Virus record (IMG/VR): IMGVR_UViG_3300022876_000002
Source of the DNA: a virus
Taxonomy: Duplodnaviria > Caudoviricetes
DNA length: 64,000 nucleotides
Reading direction: 5' to 3' (one strand)
The notes under the pieces are model-generated. The model was given only the letters and a program-made list of their open reading frames with translations. It was not told the DNA's origin and searched no databases. A program made the translations under genes and the position numbers. This document shows positions 58,240 to 64,000 of this stretch, in pieces. The stretch's first letter is position 1; every line of letters starts with the position of its first letter.

Positions 58240-58562
58240 TACTCGTTCTCCAGTTCAGCCAAGTAGGAATGGATGGCGGTATTATTGGGAGTCTTTTTGA
58301 TACCATCCCAATCTACCTTTTTGGTAACAGGTTGCGTAGGGTTACCGTGGTAGTCCAACTGGGCTTCTACCAAGTAACGGGCAAACGACGTACTAACTTC
58401 GTTCTTACGTTGCTGAGCATAAGCCAGCCCGTACTTGGCGCAGTTGTCGTTGTAGAAGTCACCACCTTCCTGGAAGCGGCGGTACCACGAGGACTTCTCG
58501 TCAAACAACTCACGCTTACGCGCCAGCGCTTCCTGTTGTTTCTGTTCTTTACTTTTACGCAT
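58239..58562 (-). CDS. Small protein (107 aa); lacks the array motif
   Basis: TAATG coupling at both ends. Confidence 0.75.
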   Translation of the reverse strand: MRKSKEQKQQEALARKRELFDEKSSWYRRFQEGGDFYNDNCAKYGLAYAQQRKNEVSTSFARYLVEAQLDYHGNPTQPVTKKVDWDGIKKTPNNTAIHSYLAELENE

Positions 58563-58756
58563 TATTTACGCCCCATAGCTTCGAGAGCCAAAGCAAAACG
58601 TTCATTACTAAGACGACCGTACTCATCATGCAAACGCTGACGTTCAACCGGATCTTTCTCTTGACGGTACTTAGCCAAGAGCTCAGCCTGCTGGTTCTCC
58701 AGCTTACGCATTTCAGCACGGAAATTGTCGCCGGTAAATTGCAGGACCTTACCCAT
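58562..58756 (-). CDS. Small helical protein, motif-array member (MGKVLQF...)
   Basis: TGATG and TAATG coupling. Confidence 0.75.
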   Translation of the reverse strand: MGKVLQFTGDNFRAEMRKLENQQAELLAKYRQEKDPVERQRLHDEYGRLSNERFALALEAMGRK

Positions 58757-59094
58757 CAGGTAATAACCTTTTCCTTGATGTGCTGAATAACCTCAGCCAG
58801 GCTGTTGTGTTGAGTAATTACCCGATCACCAAGGAAAGCATTTTTGCGCCCCATCATGCATTGCCAAGTAACGTCACACTTGCTGAACACGCGAATGGTA
58901 ACCCCATGGGATTCCATAACCTGGCAGTTAGGGCGTACTTGATGATCTACCTGCACGCCAACCCCGTGCTTAAAGCACTCGATTATCAGATCATTGAGTT
59001 CCGGGTCGTGCTTTTTCAGCTCTTCCAAAACTTTCTGATGCGCTTCAATCCAACGCTCTACGTAGCTGATGTGGTTACGGATTTCAGGACCCAT
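58756..59094 (-). CDS. Small protein (112 aa); lacks the array motif
   Basis: TAATG and TGATG coupling. Confidence 0.72.
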   Translation of the reverse strand: MGPEIRNHISYVERWIEAHQKVLEELKKHDPELNDLIIECFKHGVGVQVDHQVRPNCQVMESHGVTIRVFSKCDVTWQCMMGRKNAFLGDRVITQHNSLAEVIQHIKEKVIT

Positions 59095-59303
59095 TACTTA
59101 ATCCCCAATTGACTTTTGATTTCACCGATCTCGATTTTGATTTGGCCGCCACGAATAGCCGCCTGCTCACGCGTGTGCACATCAGGCGACGTACGCAGGA
59201 TACGATCCCAGTAAGCAACCGTACGCTCGAGTTCTTCAATACGGCTAAGCGCTACTACATTACGCTTCCTACGAAAAGCATCCATCTGGACAACTTGGCC
59301 CAT
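59094..59303 (-). CDS. Small helical protein, motif-array member (MGQVVQMDAFRRKR...), 69 aa
   Basis: ATG at 59303 behind GAGGT, 7 nt after the upstream stop. Confidence 0.75.
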   Translation of the reverse strand: MGQVVQMDAFRRKRNVVALSRIEELERTVAYWDRILRTSPDVHTREQAAIRGGQIKIEIGEIKSQLGIK

Positions 59304-59310
59304 ACACACC

Positions 59311-59613
59311 TCAAATGTTGGTATAAGGGATCTCGTTGTCGTAATCCCGTTTGAACTTTGCACCCAAGTCTTCGAAAGCTTGGAGCATCCCTTCGTTTTC
59401 TTCTACAGCAGTACTGACAATAGACTGGAACTCATCGGAGATAACCGCGTCCCCTTGCATAGAGCGCCAGCAACCCAAAGCATACTTGACTGAAATTATC
59501 CGGGTCTCTACCAGATCCGGTAAAAGGAATCCTGGTAGCCCGCCGTACTCTGCCAAGATACGGTTGATTTCACGCCTGGCCTTCGCCGTGTAAATACTCA
59601 GTACGTTACCCAT
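59311..59613 (-). CDS. Small protein, motif-array member (MGNVLSI...)
   Basis: 8-nt overlap with the upstream gene end. Confidence 0.72.
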   Translation of the reverse strand: MGNVLSIYTAKARREINRILAEYGGLPGFLLPDLVETRIISVKYALGCWRSMQGDAVISDEFQSIVSTAVEENEGMLQAFEDLGAKFKRDYDNEIPYTNI

Positions 59614-59860
59614 GACGGTTCATCCACGGACAAGTAGGAGAGATAAATGCTTTAGGGAACTTAGTCCAGAAAGCATCACGAATTTGATTAGCCTTGTTTA
59701 CACAAACAGTACCTTGTTTATGCAACTCAGCTGCGAGCTCAGGGTCCGATGTCATAGTCGACTGGACGTAATACGAATTACCAGAAATAGTTAGCGCCAT
59801 CACTTGGCTAACCATACGGGCACGTTCAAGAGACTCGTTAATATCAATTACCGGGTACAT
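59606..59860 (-). CDS. Small protein, motif-array member (MYPVIDI...), 84 aa
   Basis: ATG at 59860 behind AAGGAG; the ORF-track extension runs through a terminator. Confidence 0.72.
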   Translation of the reverse strand: MYPVIDINESLERARMVSQVMALTISGNSYYVQSTMTSDPELAAELHKQGTVCVNKANQIRDAFWTKFPKAFISPTCPWMNRHG

Positions 59861-59883
59861 ACTGCTACTCCTTAGCTGTATAC

Positions 59884-59909
59884 AAAAAATTGAGGACCCG
59901 AAGGTCCCC
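59884..59909 (-). terminator. Intrinsic terminator inside the small-gene array
   Basis: On -: ggggacc-ttcg-ggtcctc-aatttttt. Confidence 0.7.
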
Positions 59910-59916
59910 AAGCTTA

Positions 59917-60240
59917 CTACAGACCGCGCCTGGCTTTCACATCATCGTGATGAGCCATTAACTCGCGGAACTCCTCGCGCAAGGCATCGTTAATAGCCCT
60001 ACCCTCAGCAACCACCTTTTGAGCTTCTTCTTGAGCTTCGGCGTACTGAGGGGACAAAGCACCAAATGCTTTCAAAGCCGCACAAGACTTCTTAGCAGCT
60101 TCGATTTGGCGTTCAAGGATCTCGTTACGCACCCTTGTGGACTTTTCACGGTAGGCTCGTTGTGCATCCCTTACCGTGATCATTTCGTTCTTGGCACTGT
60201 GTAGCGAAAGATCAGTACCGATGTTAACTACTTTACCCAT
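59917..60240 (-). CDS. Small coiled-coil protein, motif-array member (MGKVVNI...)
   Basis: RBS GAGGT. Confidence 0.75.
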   Translation of the reverse strand: MGKVVNIGTDLSLHSAKNEMITVRDAQRAYREKSTRVRNEILERQIEAAKKSCAALKAFGALSPQYAEAQEEAQKVVAEGRAINDALREEFRELMAHHDDVKARRGL

Positions 60241-60254
60241 TACGATTACCTCGA

Positions 60255-60515
60255 TTACATAGCAGCCAGTTGTTGACGGAGTTCAGCCAGTTTACGACGT
60301 TCGTCATTGGCCATGGACAGCGCAATGAACTTATCGTCCGCACGGGTAAACTCTTTGCTGAGATCCATGAAAGTCTGGATCTGATGCTCAACCCTTTCGA
60401 TATCGCAGTTCAGTTCATACACTGCGATAACCCGATCACGGCGTGCTACGCGTGCGGCTTCTTTAGCCATAGCCATTGCATTTACACGATCAGCAAAATT
60501 GATTACGTTGGTCAT
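60255..60515 (-). CDS. Small coiled-coil protein, motif-array member (MTNVINF...)
   Basis: RBS GAGGGTAAGG; first gene after the early promoter. Confidence 0.75.
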   Translation of the reverse strand: MTNVINFADRVNAMAMAKEAARVARRDRVIAVYELNCDIERVEHQIQTFMDLSKEFTRADDKFIALSMANDERRKLAELRQQLAAM

Positions 60516-60570
60516 TACCTTACCCTCAAGTGATTAGTAGATCAAATGATCTACTGCTACATTCATCCAG

Positions 60571-60578
60571 GTAATATA
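60571..60578 (-). promoter_or_regulatory. phiKZ-type early promoter motif TATATTAC driving the array
   Basis: ggtaatatagg on +, intergenic, 56 nt upstream of 60515. Confidence 0.7.
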
Positions 60579-60598
60579 GGTCCAAGACTTTCCAGAAA

Positions 60599-60859
60599 TT
60601 AACCGGTCGTAATTCTGGCCATTACGATTAACGGTTGTTTGTATTGACTGTTGTACAACGCTATAGCTTTTTTGATGTTACTCATTATCTTGCTAGCCTC
60701 CTGTATTAAGAAAGTGCGTTTACCTGGACGCCACCAAGGGCAATCAGCTGCTTCCTTAGCTAATCTAAGGTATTCAAACTGTGCCTCAGCAATATCCTTT
60801 AATAGCACTGTACGGTGTTCTAACGTATACCTGTTCCTGAGTGATACAACTGAGCTCAC
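60599..60859 (-). CDS. Small protein, motif-array member (MSSVVSL...)
   Basis: GTG start behind GGTAGGGGG; AT-rich codon usage. Confidence 0.68.
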   Translation of the reverse strand: MSSVVSLRNRYTLEHRTVLLKDIAEAQFEYLRLAKEAADCPWWRPGKRTFLIQEASKIMSNIKKAIALYNSQYKQPLIVMARITTG

Positions 60860-61010
60860 TATAAAACCCCCTACCCCGACAAAATTAGTCTAAAGAATTA
60901 TAACACGGTTTTTAAATATTACTTTTATTTTTTAACCCTAATAACCAATTCTATTTTTAAGCAATGTTATGCCCAAACCCTTAAGGCGACCAGCAATCAG
61001 GAAAACCACT

Positions 61011-61577
61011 ATGGCCATCCCCAACCAACAATTGGTGCTGGATAAATTTATCGAAGTAAACGTCGAACGCTACGCCGATAAACCAGCACTCGTGCAAATG
61101 TTTCAGACACTTACCCTCGGTGATATTGTTATCACTAACGGTAAGCGTGTCACAGGACCACAGGGGCAAGTTGCTGTTTCGTATGACATCGAAAAGGCCG
61201 GTGTATTCACCAGTAAGAACCAAATGTTCTACGCTGCTGATGTCGCCATCCATGATGTCATGCAATGGACAGCAAATACCCCTGTCGCGGTAGACGATCT
61301 CCCGAAACAAACGGAAGGTTTATACCTCGACACGGAAGGTAAAGCACACATCGTAGTAATGAAGGGCAAGAAAGAGGCAGAACACGTCCTAGACGTATTC
61401 ATGGCCGGTGCTCTTTATGAAATTGGTAATGACGACACCGAAGTAAGCCCAGAGACCTTTGCTGTAACGGTTGACGGCCTTAATATCATTGGTGCTATCG
61501 AGACCACTGAAAGTCTCTATGACGATATCCCTCGTTACAACGGCCAGTTCCGCTACGACGGTACCATCCGCTACTAA
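61011..61577 (+). CDS. Probable tail-fibre-associated protein (start MAIPN)
   Basis: RBS AGGA; C-terminal RYNGQFRYDGTIRY resembles the Y(N/D)G repeats ending genes that precede fibres in temperate myophage modules. Confidence 0.6.
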   Translation: MAIPNQQLVLDKFIEVNVERYADKPALVQMFQTLTLGDIVITNGKRVTGPQGQVAVSYDIEKAGVFTSKNQMFYAADVAIHDVMQWTANTPVAVDDLPKQTEGLYLDTEGKAHIVVMKGKKEAEHVLDVFMAGALYEIGNDDTEVSPETFAVTVDGLNIIGAIETTESLYDDIPRYNGQFRYDGTIRY

Positions 61578-61593
61578 TCCAAGGAGACCTTAA

Positions 61594-64000
61594 ATGGCCT
61601 TTAATGACGAAAACGTAGTCCCAGGCGACCTGCCGGCTATCGTCGAAGAAGCAAAATGGGAAGAGCACTTACCCGCCATTATCACCGACGTTATCGTCCG
61701 TGGTGGCGACGACGGTAAGGGCGCTTCCAACTTCCACGCTCGTGCACTCGATGCTCGTACCCGTTGGCTGAAAGAGCAACTGGAAGCACTGTCGCTCAAT
61801 GGTCTGGTCCTGAAAGGTTACCTGCCTGACGAAGACACCCTGCTGGCCATTCCTACTGAAGATCTGCAGATTGGTACCTGCTACTTCGTAGACTTCGCTC
61901 TGCGTGCGTGGAACGGTACTGAGTGGGCTTCCTCGGGTTCCCTGCGCGGTGAGCGCGGCCTGAACCTCTTGGGTGTATGGCCTAATGGCGTGCCGCTGCC
62001 AGAAGTAGAAGATAACTTCGTAGGCGACGCCTACATTTGGAATAACGACCTGTGGATCCTGGTCCCACAACCTAACCGTTGGGAAGGCCTGGGTATCCGT
62101 GGTCCAGAAGGTGCTTCGGCATACGAAGTCTGGTTGACTGTCCCCGGCAACGAGGGCAAGACCCAGGCTCAATACCTGAAGTCCCTGGAAGGTAAAGACG
62201 CCTACCAAGTAGCCGTGCGTAACGGCTTTGTTGGTACCGAGACCGAATGGTTGGCCAGCATTCGTGCTAAGTCCAACTACGAGATCTGGCTGCAACAAGG
62301 TAACGTAGGCACTGAGTCGGACTTCTTGGCTACCCTGAAATCTACCGAGCCGGGCCCTAAGGGCGACAGCATCAAAGGTGACAAAGGTGACCCAGGTGAA
62401 GACGGTCGCAGCGTAGCTGTTAAAGGCACTGTTGCTACCGAAGCTGAACTGGCCGGCATCGCAGATCCTGTTGACCAGGACGCTTACGTTGCCCAAGACA
62501 CCAACCACCTGTGGATGTTCATCCAACCAGGCCCGGGCTGGACTGACCTTGGTAAGTTCAACGGTAAGGATGGCATCGTTGGTAAAGACGGTCGTAACCT
62601 GATCCTCACCGGTGCGGTTGACACCTTTGCTGATCTCCCAGGTGATCCAGAAGACCAAGACATCTACTCGGTACGTGATACCAACACTATCTACGGCTTT
62701 ATTGTAGACAAGTGGGAAGAACTGGGTAGCTTCAAAGGGACCGACGGCACCAATGGCACTAATGGTACCAACGGCACTAACGGTATCAACATCGTTCTGA
62801 CCGGTACCGTGGCTACCATGGAAGAACTGCCAGAAGTGGCAGACGACCAGGAAGTTTACTCGGTAACCACCACCAACAGTCTGTACGGTCGCATCAAAGG
62901 TGTCTGGTCTTTCCTGGGCAAGTTCCAGGGTGAGAAAGGTGAACCAGGTGAGTCCATCAAGGGCGACAAAGGTGATCCAGGTGAAGACGCCAAGTACGTC
63001 ACCCTGAAAGGTACTGTTGAAACCCTGGCTGATCTGGCACTGATTGCCGATCCACAGGATCAACAGTCCTACGCCGTACGCGAAGAGAACGCCATCTACA
63101 CCCGTATCAACGGTGCGTGGGAAAAGATCGGTAAGTTCAAGGGCGAAGACGGTATCGTAGGTAAAGATGGTACCAACATTATCCTCAAGGATGTGGTGGC
63201 TACCTTCGAAGACCTGCCTGGTAACCCTGTAGACCAGGACGTCTATGGTGTCCGTGACGAGAACGCGGTGTATGCCTTCGTCAAGGGCGCATGGGCCAAC
63301 ATGGGTGTCTTCAAAGGTGCCGATGGTGAGAACGGCACCGATGGTACCGATGGTAAAGACGGCAAGTCCGTTGAGATCATTGAAGTACTCACTCCAGAGA
63401 ACCCAACCCCTCCGGTAGCTGATGAATCCAACCGTGGTAAGTCCTATGTGGACCAAGACGGTCAAATGTGGATCAACGTCAACGACGAGTGGAAGAAAGC
63501 TGGTGCGCTGTCCGTTGGTGAAAAGGGTGCTATGGGCCCTGCCCTGAAACCACGTGGTACTGTTGCTACGGTAGCAGACCTGCCTCCACTTGGAGAAGTG
63601 GAAGAAGGTGACATGTGGTTTACTGCTGACACCAAACTGGCTTACGTCAAGGTGGATGACCAGTGGTCTGATCCGATCGACATGATTGGTGAAGAAGGTC
63701 CGGAAGGTAAACAAGGTACCCCTGGTGCCCTGATGCCTATCCTGGGTCTCTACAACACCATGGGTGAACTGACTGCTGCACACCCAACCGGTGTTCGTGG
63801 TGACGCTTACCTGATCGTTACTGCCGAAGGCCGTGACCTGGTTATCTGGAACGTTGACACCAACTCCTGGCAGAACACTGGTCCGGCCGGTCTGCGTGGT
63901 GAGAAAGGTGACACCGGTGAAGGTCTTCCAGGTAAGCAAGGTGATAAGGGTGAGAAAGGTAGTCAGTGGCTGATTCTCCCAGAGGGCCAGGACGAACCAT
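61594..64000 (+). CDS. Collagen-like tail fibre protein, 5' part (open at the window end; absent from the ORF track)
   Basis: RBS AAGGAG, ATG at 61594, reads open to 64000 in my manual translation; N-terminal KWEEHLP...GG.DG...N...LDARTRWLK attachment motif; GXY repeats alternating with ~45-aa beta modules. Confidence 0.85.
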   Translation, partial: MAFNDENVVPGDLPAIVEEAKWEEHLPAIITDVIVRGGDDGKGASNFHARALDARTRWLKEQLEALSLNGLVLKGYLPDEDTLLAIPTEDLQIGTCYFVDFALRAWNGTEWASSGSLRGERGLNLLGVWPNGVPLPEVEDNFVGDAYIWNNDLWILVPQPNRWEGLGIRGPEGASAYEVWLTVPGNEGKTQAQYLKSLEGKDAYQVAVRNGFVGTETEWLASIRAKSNYEIWLQQGNVGTESDFLATLKSTEPGPKGDSIKGDKGDPGEDGRSVAVKGTVATEAELAGIADPVDQDAYVAQDTNHLWMFIQPGPGWTDLGKFNGKDGIVGKDGRNLILTGAVDTFADLPGDPEDQDIYSVRDTNTIYGFIVDKWEELGSFKGTDGTNGTNGTNGTNGINIVLTGTVATMEELPEVADDQEVYSVTTTNSLYGRIKGVWSFLGKFQGEKGEPGESIKGDKGDPGEDAKYVTLKGTVETLADLALIADPQDQQSYAVREENAIYTRINGAWEKIGKFKGEDGIVGKDGTNIILKDVVATFEDLPGNPVDQDVYGVRDENAVYAFVKGAWANMGVFKGADGENGTDGTDGKDGKSVEIIEVLTPENPTPPVADESNRGKSYVDQDGQMWINVNDEWKKAGALSVGEKGAMGPALKPRGTVATVADLPPLGEVEEGDMWFTADTKLAYVKVDDQWSDPIDMIGEEGPEGKQGTPGALMPILGLYNTMGELTAAHPTGVRGDAYLIVTAEGRDLVIWNVDTNSWQNTGPAGLRGEKGDTGEGLPGKQGDKGEKGSQWLILPEGQDEP
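62350..63370 (+). repeat. Five tandem ~45-aa modules separated by collagen GXY linkers, including (GTN)x4 at 62746-62784
   Basis: Consensus G.V.T..(E/D)L.....DQ..Y.V...N..Y......W..(L/I/M)G.F.G; SIKGDKGDPGED occurs twice. Confidence 0.8.

Noticed and set aside
54594-60859. Treating the tube mimic, the orphan intein and the motif array as one integrated system
   Set aside because: They are adjacent but differ in strand and are separated by a terminator; nothing in the sequence links them functionally, so they are reported separately.
61669-63939. 756-aa antisense ORF over the tail fibre
   Set aside because: Mirror of the real + strand fibre ORF, which the track missed only because it has no stop within the window.
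1-64000. tRNA, rRNA or CRISPR features
   Set aside because: No intergenic space with cloverleaf, T-loop or regular repeat-spacer signatures was seen by eye; a covariance-model scan would be needed to exclude small RNAs.

Overview
This window is part of a phiKZ-related jumbo myophage genome (Chimalliviridae-like). The EL188-type endolysin next to the virion RNA polymerase genes and the overall gene order resemble Pseudomonas phage EL. That placement comes from motif recognition and remembered synteny, not a database search. The conserved core contains: terminase large subunit with a class-3-like intein; a tail/baseplate block (gp26/27/28-like, sheath, tube); dTMP kinase; head maturation protease; four probable virion RNAP subunits; modular endolysin; a 2.7-kaa tail lysin/tape-measure protein with GH19 and M15-peptidase domains; a UvsX/RecA-like ATPase; an RNase H-fold protein; head proteins; and the 5' part of a collagen-like tail fibre running off the right edge. 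TATATTAC-type early promoters and a family of long CCTACC/GGTAGG hairpins punctuate the map. No tRNA, rRNA or CRISPR array was seen. The most unusual region is the accessory island at about 54.6-60.9 kb. It holds (i) a run of 12 small co-oriented genes, 8 of which share only an N-terminal motif M-x-x-V-[VIL]-x-[FILM]; (ii) a 547-aa protein whose N-terminus copies the tail tube N-terminus at protein level; and (iii) a free-standing intein-like protein with almost no extein. Several enzyme folds (RNase H, HD, Nudix, intein LAGLIDADG) appear catalytically eroded. All functional interpretations of these novelties are hypotheses.
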